Source: an uncultured Acidobacteriota bacterium
Lineage (GTDB): Bacteria > Acidobacteriota > Vicinamibacteria > Vicinamibacterales > SCN-69-37
DNA length: 64,000 nt
Direction of reading: 5' to 3'
Assembly (NCBI GenBank): GCA_963793255.1
Contig: CAWBZK010000007.1
Coordinates: 42,609-106,608 of the forward strand
Below the pieces are notes generated by a model. The model worked only from the letters and a program-made list of their open reading frames with translations, did no database searches and was not told the DNA's origin. Numbering within the stretch: position 1 is the stretch's first letter; every line of letters starts with the position of its first letter. Shown one piece after another: positions 20,515 to 31,484 of the stretch. The translations under genes were made by a program, and so were the position numbers.

Positions 20515-21906
20515 ATGCCCGTTCGCACCCGGACGCCGGCCTGGTCCACCGCGGCCCTCGCTCTCATCTTCGCGTTGTCGCTTCCCGCCGTCACGACGAG
20601 GTTCTACGCGTCTGATGAGATCCAGTTCTTCGCCTGGCTTCGATCCGCGGCCTTCGACCGCGACGCCGACTTCGACAACGAATACCGGTATTTTCAGGAC
20701 ACAGGCACGATGCGCGACGAAGGGTTTCGGATCACCTTCCTCGACGAGACCAACGAAGCTGGCCGCCGGCGCAACTTCACGCCGATCGGCACCGCGATCC
20801 TGTGGGCGCCGTTCTTTGCGCTGGGACACGTGGCGGCACTGGCGACCGGAGCACCGGCGAACGGGCTCAGTCAGCCGTACATCGCCGCGGTCACCTACGG
20901 GTCTGCGGTGTACGGCTTCCTCGCGCTCGCTCCTCACACACGCGATCGTGCGGCGCGTGGTCGGGGACGCGTCCTGGATTCCGACGCTCGTCGTGTGGTG
21001 TGGCACGCCCCTCGCTGTTCTACATGTACGTCGCGCCCGGGTTCTCGCACGCCTGTTCGGCGTTCGCGGTGTCGCTCTTCCTCTGGATCTGGCTCCGCGT
21101 GCAGAAGCGACTGGACGCCGGCGGGCGCCGCGTGCCTTGGAGCGAGCGCCGCGCTGATGGCGATGGTGCGCGAGCAGGATCTGTTCTTCGCGGCCGGTCC
21201 GGCGCTCGACTTTCTCCGATGGTCGTTCCGCGGAGCCCCGATCGCGGCAGTCGTCCGGTCAGCCGCCACTGGCGTTTTCACGACGGCGCTCGTGTACTTG
21301 CCGCAACTTGCCGCCTATCAGGCGCTGAACGGCCATCCGGGGCCGGGGCGCGAGGTGGCGCGGAAGATGACGTGGTGGTCGCCGCATGCGTTCGAGGTGC
21401 TGTGGTCCACCGAACACGGACTGTTCTTCTGGACGCCGCTCGCCTTGGTGGCTGTCCTCGGGCTGATCTGGCTGGCCGTCGGCCGGACCCGGCACGCGCA
21501 GCCCGACGCCTCGTGGGTCGCGCTCGTCGCCATCATCATGGTCGGGCTGCAGATCTACGTGTCCGGCAGCGTCGAATCGTGGACGGTGGCCGGCTCATTC
21601 GGCCAGCGCCGTTTCGTCGCGCTGACGCCGATCCTCGCGCTCGGTCTCGCGGTCTGGATTGCGCGAGCGCGCGCGGCGTCGGGCCCGCGCCGCGCGTCCT
21701 CGTGGGCGCGCCTGATCGTCGTCCTCGTCTGGTGGAACCTCGGACTCATGGCACAGTTCGGTCTTCACCTCATGGATCGGCAACGGCTCTCGCTCGGCCG
21801 AAACGCGCGAACGACGTTCGTGGAGCTGCCACTCGAGATGCCGTCGCTCGTGGCGCGCTACTTCACGGACCGCGCGTCCTTCTACCGCCAGCCGCGACAG
21901 GACTGA
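20515..21906 (+). CDS. GT-C fold membrane glycosyltransferase (GT39-like; frameshifted)
   Basis: SDEIQFFAWLRS..DRDADFDNEY, IGTAILWAPF, GFSHACSAF, HGLFFWTP, GSFGQRRF; multi-TM. Confidence 0.7.
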   Translation: MPVRTRTPAWSTAALALIFALSLPAVTTRFYASDEIQFFAWLRSAAFDRDADFDNEYRYFQDTGTMRDEGFRITFLDETNEAGRRRNFTPIGTAILWAPFFALGHVAALATGAPANGLSQPYIAAVTYGSAVYGFLALAPHTRDRAARGRGRVLDSDARRVVWHAPRCSTCTSRPGSRTPVRRSRCRSSSGSGSACRSDWTPAGAACLGASAALMAMVREQDLFFAAGPALDFLRWSFRGAPIAAVVRSAATGVFTTALVYLPQLAAYQALNGHPGPGREVARKMTWWSPHAFEVLWSTEHGLFFWTPLALVAVLGLIWLAVGRTRHAQPDASWVALVAIIMVGLQIYVSGSVESWTVAGSFGQRRFVALTPILALGLAVWIARARAASGPRRASSWARLIVVLVWWNLGLMAQFGLHLMDRQRLSLGRNARTTFVELPLEMPSLVARYFTDRASFYRQPRQD

Positions 21907-21919
21907 GAATAGAGGCATC

Positions 21920-23104
21920 GTGACCGTGCTCTACTTCGCCGACACGCGATTCCCGATCGAGCGCGCCAACGGCGTGCAGACGATGGCGACGTGCCACGCG
22001 CTCGCCGAGCACGGCCGCAACGTCGTGCTCGTCGTGCGGCCGGACACGGCGCCGGCCGCGCGGATCCGTTCGAGTTCTACGGCGTCGCGCCGTTGCTGCG
22101 GCTGACGATCTTCGAGATCGCGGGCCACGGCAGCCAGCGCCGGCGCCGGCTTCAGTTCCTCAAGGCGGCGTACACGATCCAGAAGAGTCATCGAGCCGCC
22201 GTGGTCTACACGCGCGACCTCGGCCTCGCGGCGTTGTTTCTGTCGCTGCCGCGGGCGTACCGGCCCACGGCTCGTCTACGAGTCGCACGGCATCGCGCCG
22301 ATCGTCAGCGCCGAGATGCCGGATCTGCTCGGTAACGGCCGCGAGAAACCCTCCGCCGCGAAGCTTCGCCGCCTCGAACGCCGCGAGCGTCTGGTGTGGA
22401 CGCGCGCCGCGGCCTACGTCACGATCACGCGCGCGCTTGCCGATGACCTGCCGGCTCGCTACGGCGCCCGGCCTCACGTCTTCGTCGTGCCGGACGGCGC
22501 CCGCGCCGTCGATGCCGTGCGTCGCACACGACGGCGACCGCGCGACGCCGCCGATCGCGGCCTACGCCGGCCACCTGTATCCCTGGAAGGGCGTGGACGT
22601 CTTCGTGCGGGCGCTGGCGCTCGCGCCCAGTGTTCGTGGGCTGATCGTCGGCGGTCACCCCGGCGAACCGGATCGCGCGCGCATCGAACAGCTCGCCCGC
22701 GAAACCGGCGTCTCGGATCGGCTCGAGATCACCGGGCTCCTGGCCCCAACGAAGGTCGGCGGCCGCCTTGCGAAGCGACGATGCTGGTCCTGCCCAACAC
22801 GGCGTCGGCGATCTCCGAACGGTTCACGTCGCCGCTGAAGCTGTTCGAGTACCTGCAGATCGGCCGGCCGATCGTCGCGTCGGATCTGCCGGCGCTCCGC
22901 GAGGTGCTGACGACCGCAGACGGCGCTGTTCGTCCCGCCTGGCGACGCGCCCGCCCTCGCCGAAGGCTCTCGAGCGCCTCGCGGCAGATCCTGCCGAATG
23001 CGCGTCCCTCGGCGAACGCGGCGCGCGCGCTCGCGCCCGACTACACCTGGGCACGCCGGGCGGAGCGGCTCGACGCGGTGTTCGATGCTGCGATGAGCCG
23101 CTGA
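21920..23104 (+). CDS. Glycosyltransferase family 4 (frameshifted)
   Basis: ANGVQTM..C, YAGHLYPWKGVD, TSPLKLFEY, IVASDLP, YTWARRA. Confidence 0.85.
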
Positions 23105-24153
23105 TGATTTCTGTCGGCCTCTTCGACATCGTCGAGTGCCCTGACTGCCGCGGGCGAATCGCCCCGGCGAGCGGCGGCGCACGCTGCGGCGGCTGTCAGC
23201 GGGCGTTCGACACGTCGCGCGGCTACCTCGACCTGCGTCCTGCGGCGGCGTTCGCCGAACAGACCAAGTACCTGGACGCAGAGCTCCATGCCGACGCGCG
23301 GCACGAGTCGATCGCGCCGCCGCTGCTCGGATCGCGAATTCGCAACGACATGCTCCGCCGGTTTCTCGACCTGGCCCCGGGCGACCGCGTGATCGACCTG
23401 GGCTGCGGCAACGGTCGCGCCATCGCCTGGAACGCCGCGTCAGGCGCGGCGCTCTGCGGTATCGACATCAGCCCGTACTTCGCGGCCGAGGCGGTCGACG
23501 CAGTCGGATCTCGTGCTCGGCGATCTTCGCCGCCTGCCGTTGAAGGACGGCGCCTTCAACAAGGCGCTGGTCGCTCGACGTGCTCGAGCATCTCTCGCCG
23601 CCCGCCCTTCGCGACGTGCTCGGCGAGGCGCGCCGCGTGCTGGCGGACGACGGCGCGCTGTTCATCTACACGCACGTGCGAAAGAACGGATGGGCGGCTG
23701 GCGGCGTGCGCGCGGTCAATCGGCTCGCCGCCGGCTGGAGCGCCTGGGCTGGCTGGACCTCCGCCAGGAGCGGCTGCGCAAGTCGGACCATCTCAATCCG
23801 ATCGCCGACCACGACGAACTGCGCGCGGGTCGTCGAGGAGTCCGGCTTTCGCCTCGAACGCATCACGTACTACACGCCGGTCATCGGCGCCTTCGTCGAG
23901 AACATCCTGGCGCGCATGGCGGAGCACTGGCTGGCGGGACGGTCACGGCGCGGCGAATGGCGCGGGCGATGGCGACAGCCGTGACGCCGTTCGCGCCGCG
24001 CGCACGGCGGCCCAGGCGCGCGTTCGCCGTCGTGGCCTGACGTATCGGGCGCTCGTGGCCACGACCGCCGTGATGAAACTCGACGTGCTGATGCTCGGAC
24101 GCGTTCCCTCGGGTCCGTTCTTCGCGCTGCTCCGGAAGATCCCGAAGGGCTGA
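23104..24153 (+). CDS. Class I SAM-dependent methyltransferase with N-terminal Trm112-like Zn ribbon (frameshifted)
   Basis: VECPDCRG..CGGC, VIDLGCGNG, GDLRRLPLKDGAF, DVLEHL; TGATG-coupled to the upstream gene. Confidence 0.78.
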   Translation: MISVGLFDIVECPDCRGRIAPASGGARCGGCQRAFDTSRGYLDLRPAAAFAEQTKYLDAELHADARHESIAPPLLGSRIRNDMLRRFLDLAPGDRVIDLGCGNGRAIAWNAASGAALCGIDISPYFAAEAVDAVGSRARRSSPPAVEGRRLQQGAGRSTCSSISRRPPFATCSARRAACWRTTARCSSTRTCERTDGRLAACARSIGSPPAGAPGLAGPPPGAAAQVGPSQSDRRPRRTARGSSRSPAFASNASRTTRRSSAPSSRTSWRAWRSTGWRDGHGAANGAGDGDSRDAVRAARTAAQARVRRRGLTYRALVATTAVMKLDVLMLGRVPSGPFFALLRKIPKG

Positions 24154-24154
24154 C

Positions 24155-25303
24155 GTGCGAATCCTGTACTGCGCCCTCGATCAGCAGGTGCCCGGCACGC
24201 TCGGCGGGTCCGTTCACGTGCAGTCAGTCGCCGAAGGGCTGGCCGCGCGCGGCCACGAGGTTCACGTGGCGACGCAGCCCGGCAACGGCTGGCCGCCGGG
24301 CGCCGTCCGCTGGCACGCCATGGGCCCGCCACTCGGCCGGCAGGAATTGCGCTGGATGCGGACGGGCGCCGTCACCGATCTCGCGCGGCGCGTCGAGGCC
24401 GACGTCGTCATGGAGCGCTACTACAACTTCGGCGGTGAGGGCGTGTTCGCGGCCGCGCGGCTCGGGCGTCCTGCCGTCCTCGAAGTGAATGCCCCGATCG
24501 TCGACTACCCGGGCTCGCCGAAGCACCGGCTCGATCGCGCGCTGCTCGTCGAACCGATGCGCCGATGGCGCGACCGCATCGCGCGGCACGTTCAACTGTT
24601 CGTCACGACCACGGCGGACATCCTCCCGCCGTGGGTCGATCGAACTCGCGTGCTCGAAATCGAGTGGGGCGCCGACGTCGAGCACTTCCGCCCGCGCGCG
24701 GAACGGCGAGCGGCGGTTCGCCGCGCGATCCGAACCGAGTTCAGTGCGTGTTCGCCGGGGCGTTCCGCTCGTGGCACGGCGTGGTGCAACTGTCGGCCAC
24801 CCTGGCCCGGCTGCACGAAGCGGGCGACCATCGCTTCGGCGCGATCTTCATCGGCGACGGTCCGGAGCGCGCGGCGGCCGAACGCGTCGCGCGCGGCCTT
24901 CCCGGCGTGACGTTCACCGGCGCGCTTCCCCACTCGGAGTTGCCGGCGGCGCTGGCGTCGGCCGATATCGGCGTCGCGCCCGTTCGACCCGCTGCGCCAC
25001 GCGCCACTTCGGCTGGGCTTCTACTGGTCGCCGCTGAAGATCTACGAGTACATGGCCGCCGGCCTGCCGGTCGTGGCGCCGGCCCTCCCGCGGCTGAGCC
25101 GTCTGGTGGAACACGGCCGCGAAGGAGTGCTTTACGATCCAGCTGAGCCCCGAGGTCTCGACCACGCGATCGTGTCGCTCGCCGACGCTGCCCTCAGGCA
25201 GCGCATGGGCGAGGCGGCGCGGGCTCGTGTCGTTCGCGATTTCAGCTGGGCCGCGCATTGCGCCGCGCTGGACGTCCGGCTGCGCGCGCTGGTCGCCCGA
25301 TGA
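24155..25303 (+). CDS. Glycosyltransferase family 4 (frameshifted)
   Basis: GGSVHV..GHEVHV, LEVNAP, FAGAFRSWHG, SPLKIYEYMAAGLPVV. Confidence 0.85.
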
Positions 25304-26576
25304 GTGTGCCGCTCAACGTTCTCGTCGTCACCGACTCCTTTCCGCCCGTGTGCGGCGGCAGCGGCTGGAGCACGTGGGAGCTGGTGCGCGGGCTGCAGGG
25401 CCGCGGCCACCACGTCGAGGTGGTCAAAGTGGAGATCGGATCGCCGGCGGGCGTCGAGTCCGGCCACCACGAATCGGTGCCGGTCACGACGTTCCGCCGC
25501 GCGGCGCCGAACGTGCCCGCGCTCCGCAACATGGTCAAGAACGAAGCGCTCTGGCGCGACCTGACGACCTACTTGACGCGCAAGCGGCTGGCCGGCCGCG
25601 GGTGGACATCATCCACGCGCAGCACGTGATGACGACGGTGCCGTCGGTGCGGGCCGGCGCCGCGACCGGGAACGCCGGTCGTCGCCACGGTGCGCGACTA
25701 CTGGCCGGTCTGCTACTGGTCCGATTTGATCTACGACCCGTCGCAACCGACGCTCTGCCCGGAATGCTCGGCGCGGATGATGACCGAGTGCATCAAGCCG
25801 CGCGCCGGCGCCGCGGCCGTGGCCGCGTGGCCGCTGATCCCGTACATGCGCGCCAACCTCCGCACCAAGCGACGCACGCTGGCCAAGGCGAGCGCCGTCA
25901 TTGCCGTCAGCTCGACGATCGCGCGCGATCTCCGCGCCCGCGCGCCGGAGCTCGCCGGCCACGCCGCTCTACACGATCCCGAATCCCGTCGACATGACGG
26001 CGCTCGATCGGGCGCGCGCGTCGAGCGCGCCGATCGACGGGCCGTACATCCTGTACGCCGGCAAGCTCGCCACCAACAAGGGCGTTCAGTACCTGCTCCC
26101 GGCCATCGAGCGCGCGGGCATCGATCTGCCCCTCGTCATCGTCGGCGACGGCCCGCTGCGCGATTCGATCGCCAGCGAGGCGAAGGCTCGGAAGTTGAAC
26201 GTCCGGATCACGGGCTGGCAGACGCGCGAGGAGGTCTGGGCCTGGATGCGGCACGCGACGATGCTGGCGTTTCCGTCGTACGGCCCGGAGTCACTGAGCC
26301 GCGTTCTCATCGAAGCGGCGGCGCTCGGAGCGCCGATTGCCGCCATGGACACCGGCGGCACGCGGGACATCATCCAGCACGCGGGTGACGGGCCTTCTGT
26401 CGTCCGACGCCGACGGCTTCGCCCGCGATCTGGCGGAGCTCGCCGCGGACGAGCGCCTTCGGCACGCGCTCGGTCACGCGGCGCAGCTGGACGTGCACGC
26501 GCGCTTCTCGGCGACGTCGGTCGTCGAGCGCGTGGAACAGGTGTACCGGCAGTTGCTCGCGCCCGACGCGGCCTGA
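25300..26576 (+). CDS. Glycosyltransferase family 4 with Cys-rich insert (frameshifted)
   Basis: DSFPPVCGGSG, RDYWPVC..CPEC..C, YAGKLATNKG, ESLSRVLIEAAALG. Confidence 0.85.
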
Positions 26577-26584
26577 CGATCCCG

Positions 26585-27846
26585 ATGACGCGGCCCCTGT
26601 CCGTCGCGATCGTGGCCCGAGCCGTCATGCCGCTCCATGGCGTGGGTGGACTGGAGCGGTCGGTGCACGATCTCGTGCGGCACCTCGCGGCGCGCGGCGT
26701 CGACGTGACGATGATCGTGCCGCCGGCCGGTCACGTGCAGCGGCCGACGAACGCCGACCCGTTCGCGTCACAGCACGTCCGTATTCGGCACGTCCGATAC
26801 CTGTCGTTCCCATTCGCCAATCGGCGCGGGACGACGGTGCTGGATCGGAGCACGTCGTACCTGCTGTACGGGTGGCGCGCCGGCCGGCTGGCGCGAAGTC
26901 TGGCGAACGAGGGCGTCGTCGATCTCGTGCACGGATTCGGCGCGAGCGTGCTCGGGGCGTCCGACGGAATGATGGCGCCGCTCGTGATGAACCCACAGGG
27001 ACTCGAAGAGTTCGGCGCCACGGCCGGATCGCTGCCTCCGCTGAAGCATGCCGGCTACGCGCCGCTCCGCTGGGCGGTCCGGCACGTGGCCTCGCGGGCG
27101 GCGTGCATCATCGCGACGGACGTCTCGCTCGAGCCGACGGTCGTGCGACATCTCAAGCCGGCAGCGGGTCAGATGCGCACCATCCCGAACGGCATCGATC
27201 TCGTCGTCCGCCGGAGCGCTCGCCGGACCAGCCGACGGGCTGCTCACGAGACAGCGCCACGGGATCGGCACCGGAGAGCTCGTGTTCGTCAGCGTCGGCC
27301 GGCTCGAATTCAACAAGGGGTTCGACCTGATGCCCGCCGCGCTCGCGCGGGCGAGCGCACCCGGCAGCACGCTCGCGGCAACGGGCTGGCGCTGGGTGGT
27401 CGTCGGCGGCGGGCCGTACCGCGCCGAGATCGAACGGCAGGTCGTCGCCCATCGTCTCGAACCCCATGTGATCTTCGCCGGCCGCGCGAGCGAGCGCGAT
27501 CTCCACGCCTGGTACGAAGCGGCGAACGTGTTCGTCCACCCGACGCGCTACGAAGGCAGCTCGCTCGTGACGCTGGAAGCCATGGCGCATCGCCTGCCAG
27601 TGATTGCGACCGTTGCCGGCGGGCTGCCTGACAAGGTCCATCCAGGCGTGAACGGCTGGCTGGTGGAACCGAATGACACCGACGGCGCTGTCACACGCCA
27701 TCGCGGACGCGGCGTCCAATCCGACGCGTCTCATCGGCATGGGCGCGAGGAGCCGCGAGATCGTCGAGCGGGAGTTTGCCTGGAGTGTGCTGGTGGACCG
27801 GTACGTGAACCTCTACATGGAGATTCTCGCGAGCAGGAGGATCTGA
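26585..27846 (+). CDS. Glycosyltransferase family 4 (frameshifted)
   Basis: GGLERSV, IPNGID, VGRLEFNKG, YEGSSLVTLEAMA; ends EFAWSVLVDRYVNLYMEILASRRI*. Confidence 0.85.
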
Positions 27847-27860
27847 CGACCGGACAGTTC

Positions 27861-27990
27861 GATGATTTGAGATTTGAAATTGATGATTCATCGATGAGTC
27901 GACGATCCTGATTGACGGTTGAGACTCTCAGTCATCAATCAGTTCATCTTCAATCATCGATGGATCATCAATTTCAAATCTCCAATCATC
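27861..27990. repeat. 130-bp AT-rich long hairpin between convergent operons
   Basis: 37-bp arms 27861-27897 and 27954-27990 with 2 mismatches, plus inner stems CTGATTGA/TCAATCAG and TGAGA/TCTCA. Confidence 0.88.
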
Positions 27991-28001
27991 AGACGTCCAC
28001 G

Positions 28002-28508
28002 CTACCGCAAGCCCGCCCGCTGACGAAGCCGCGCGATCCAATCGTCCGCCGCGCGCGACCGATCGGCCTCGGGGAGCGCGCCGAACTGCCGCTGAAGATA
28101 GGCGCGGATGCGCAGGTCGTCGCTGAGCCACGCGTCCAGCCCCTTCTCAGACATCCCCGCTTCGCCGAGCAGTTGTGTGCCTCGACCGCGTCCGCCGACG
28201 CGCTCTTCCCACTGTCTGTGCTGCGCCGAGAGATCGTCGCCCGTCGTCGGTGGCAGCCCGGATGACCGGGCGAGGTCGCCCAGGATGAGAATGCGATTCT
28301 CGAGCGCGCGGCGCGTGGCGTCGTCCGAGCTCGTGTCGTCCACGAGCTGCAGCATCCGCGCCTGCCGGACGTCGGACTGCGTGATGATGCGGTTGTTGAC
28401 CCTGGCGACGATCCGGTCGAGCTCGGTCTGTGCAGACACCACGGCCCGCACGGCCAGCACCATCAGCAGACACAGCCCGCAGAGCGCAACAATGGAGCGC
28501 GCACGCAT
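28002..28508 (-). CDS. SurA N-terminal-domain-like periplasmic chaperone
   Basis: Signal peptide then LDRIVARVNNRIITQSDV; ends WIARLRQRA. ATG overlaps the upstream stop. Confidence 0.75.
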   Translation of the reverse strand: MRARSIVALCGLCLLMVLAVRAVVSAQTELDRIVARVNNRIITQSDVRQARMLQLVDDTSSDDATRRALENRILILGDLARSSGLPPTTGDDLSAQHRQWEERVGGRGRGTQLLGEAGMSEKGLDAWLSDDLRIRAYLQRQFGALPEADRSRAADDWIARLRQRAGLR

Positions 28509-31482
28509 CAGAAGGCCTCCCCGATACTCAGATGGTACTCCCAGGCGCTTTCGCGGCGCTCGCCGACGACCAGCCGGTCCAACTTGAATCCGAAGTCGAG
28601 TCGAAGCGGGCCGAGCGGCGAATCGTAGCGGACGCCGAATCCCGCGCCGCCGCGGATGCGCGCTGAGGTCGAGGTCGCTCGACCGCTCGGAAACACATTG
28701 CCTCCGTCGAGGAAAGCCGACGACCGCAAGATTTCGGTTGATGTTCGTGAGCGCGCGACGAAGTTCGGCGTTCAGAATGACCACCGCGTTCCCGCCGATC
28801 GACAGGCCCGTGGTTGGATTGACGACGCTGCACGGTACACAGTTCGGATCGAAGACGCCCAGTCGATCCAGGGCGAAGCCGCGCACGGTGGTGCTCCCGC
28901 CGGCGAAGAAGCGCTCGCTCACTGGCAGGTCGCGCAGAATGTCGGTTATCACTTCGCCCGCCGCATCGACGGCCGTCAAATTCCGCGGGAACCCACGCGC
29001 CATGCCCAGCTGTCCGCGAAGCGCGAGGACGGTGCCGGGAGTGGAACCAATCGGCCGAAAGTTCACTGCCTGGAAAAAACCCTTCACGTAGCCGACTTCC
29101 GACCCGATCGCGCGCGCGGCGAGGGCGGCGTCCGCGCTGAGCAACGTGCCGCGCGTCGGCGTGAGCGGCAGGTCCCGCCCGTCCCAGGACACTCCGCCCG
29201 AGATATACGACAGGCGCACCTGTGGAAACAGACGGTCAATCAGCGGCTGGTCCTCTTCCGGAATTTTCTCGTCGAAGAGCCGGGTGAAGTCGAGCGTGTA
29301 CCGTCCGGAGACGTTGACGCGCGGGCTCAACCGACGCAGGAACTCGGCATTCGCCGCGTGGCGCAGGTAGTTGTAGGTCGGCCGCACCGCCTGCTCGGAA
29401 CCGAGGCTGACAAGCAGGTCCGTGTCGGATCGAAACGCGTGTTGCTCGCGAAATGTTCCCGTCACCCGGTACTCGGTGAACCGAAATTCCTGCACGGTCT
29501 CCGAGAGGTTCTCTCGATCGCTCCGCCGCAGCCCGATACGCGTAAATAGGTTCACGGCGCGGTTGCGTCCGCCGAGATGACGCCGGCCGATCTCGAAGAA
29601 CCCGCGGGGCACAAACTCCACGACGTCCTCGAGCGCCGTGCCGTCCGGCGCCCGCCGCGCGCGGCTGCCGCCCTCGAGACCCAGACCGAATCCGATGGTG
29701 GTGGCCGGTGCCTCGACAACCGTGACAACGACGTGCCCTTCGGTCTCTCCGCTGAGACGATCGACCGCTTCGACGCTGAAGCTGCGAAACACACCCATGT
29801 CCGCGAGTCGCTGACGAGCCGTCGTGAGCGACGCCGCGCCCAATGGCTGTCCGGGCACGAGGCGCAGCTCTTCCAGGATCTGCTGTTCGGACACGCGCTC
29901 GTCCCCGAGCACGGTAATGCGGCCGATGGTGATCTGCTGGCCTTCGTTGACGGTGAACGCCAGATCGACAGCCGTCTCGTCGGTGGCAACTCGGCGCTCC
30001 AGCGACACAGCGGCGCTCAGGAACCCGCGGTCGCGGTAGTACGCCAACAGCCCATCCTGGTCGCGGACGGCGTCGACCTCCACGTAGGGCGCGCCGGCTG
30101 TGGAACGCAACTGCCGTCGCAGCTCGGCTTCCGCGACCTGGTGGGGCCCCTCGAACGCGAAGGTGACCGCGGCAATCTGAGCTCTCGGTCCCTCGGTGAT
30201 TCCGGGGTGCAGCACGACCCACGCTTCGGTCGCCGTCGTGCGTCCGGGCACAGCGTTCGATCGACGGCTCGGCCGCGGACTGGTAGTAACCGCGACGACG
30301 GTACTCGTCGATCGCGGCGGCGACGCCCGCCTCGAATCGGGCCTGGTCGAAGACCGTGCCTGGCGACACCGCGATCAGCTTGCGCAGAATGGGCTCAGGC
30401 ACCGAAAGGCCCGGTGGAAGATCGAGACGCTCAACGTGGTGCCGCGCGCCTCGGTCGATCGTGAACGTCACGAGCAGAACATGACCATCCGCTGACAGCA
30501 CGCTCGTGAACGGGGCGGACGCCTTGGCATAGCCTTCGCGCCTGAGGACGCCTTCGATGCGGGCGCGCGCGTCCTCGAGCAAGTCCTGGTCGGCCGATCG
30601 CTCGCGCTTGATCGGAATGAGCTCATCAGTGCCTCCCGGCAGCGCACCGGACGGATTCACGCGCAGCTCCACTCGGGGACCGGCATAGACATTGACCTTC
30701 ACGGCCACGCCGGACGCCGGTTGGCGTCTCCTCGATTGAGGCCTGCGCTTCGTAGTAGCCGCGGCTCCTCAGGTCATCTTCGATCTGGGTCAGCCGGGAC
30801 TGAAACTCCCGCCGCCGGTACGGGCGGCCAGGCACGGCGCCGGCCCGCTCGAGCACGTCCGCATCCGTCAAGCGGCGACGTGTTCTCCACGGTTGCGGTG
30901 GTAATCGGCGCGAGCGCCCCGGCCTCGATCTTGACGACAAGCGTCGCGGCGTCTTCCTCCGGCGCCACGACCGTCGTGACCGACACGACGGGACTCAGAT
31001 AGCCGTCATCATTCAGATACCGGTGGACGAAGTCCTCGACCAGCTCGGTCCGGACGGCACCGGGCTGGCGGCCGACGAACCGTTGCCGCAGCTCGCTGAG
31101 CAGCGTGCTCGCCGACACGGCACCGTCGCCGACGTCCACTTCCACGCGGTCGATCGGAGTAGCGAGGGACCAGCCGGAACGTCACGATCACGCCGGTTGG
31201 CGCGCTCGACGACGACCGGCCGGATGTCCTCGTACCGGCCGAGCGCAAAGAGGTGATCCATGCTGCCGCGAACGTCGTCGCGGCGAAGCGGCTGGCCGGG
31301 CCGGACGTCGACGAGGTCGCGCAGGTTCGCTTCGCTCGGCACCGGCGTGCCGGGCCGTCCCTCGACCTCGAAACGCACCTCGGCCACCGTCTGTCCGATG
31401 TAGACGTCCGGACGCGTCCTGGGCCGCGGCCGGCACCGGCGATCGCCAGGATCACGGCGAGCGCCGTCGCGCCGAACGACAT
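28508..31482 (-). CDS. tamA: BamA/TamA (Omp85) outer-membrane protein with POTRA domains (frameshifted)
   Basis: POTRA-like repeats; ERFFAGGSTTVRGF, GGNA..NAELR, RYDSPLGPLRLDFG; C-terminal SIGEAF. Follows tamB. Confidence 0.85.
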
Positions 31483-31484
31483 CG

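Noticed and set aside
28002-30251. Apparent 749-aa Omp85-SurA fusion
   Set aside because: A frameshift near 28710 joins the frames. The barrel's real end (SIGEAF*) is at 28508 and the SurA-like gene has its own ATG and signal peptide.
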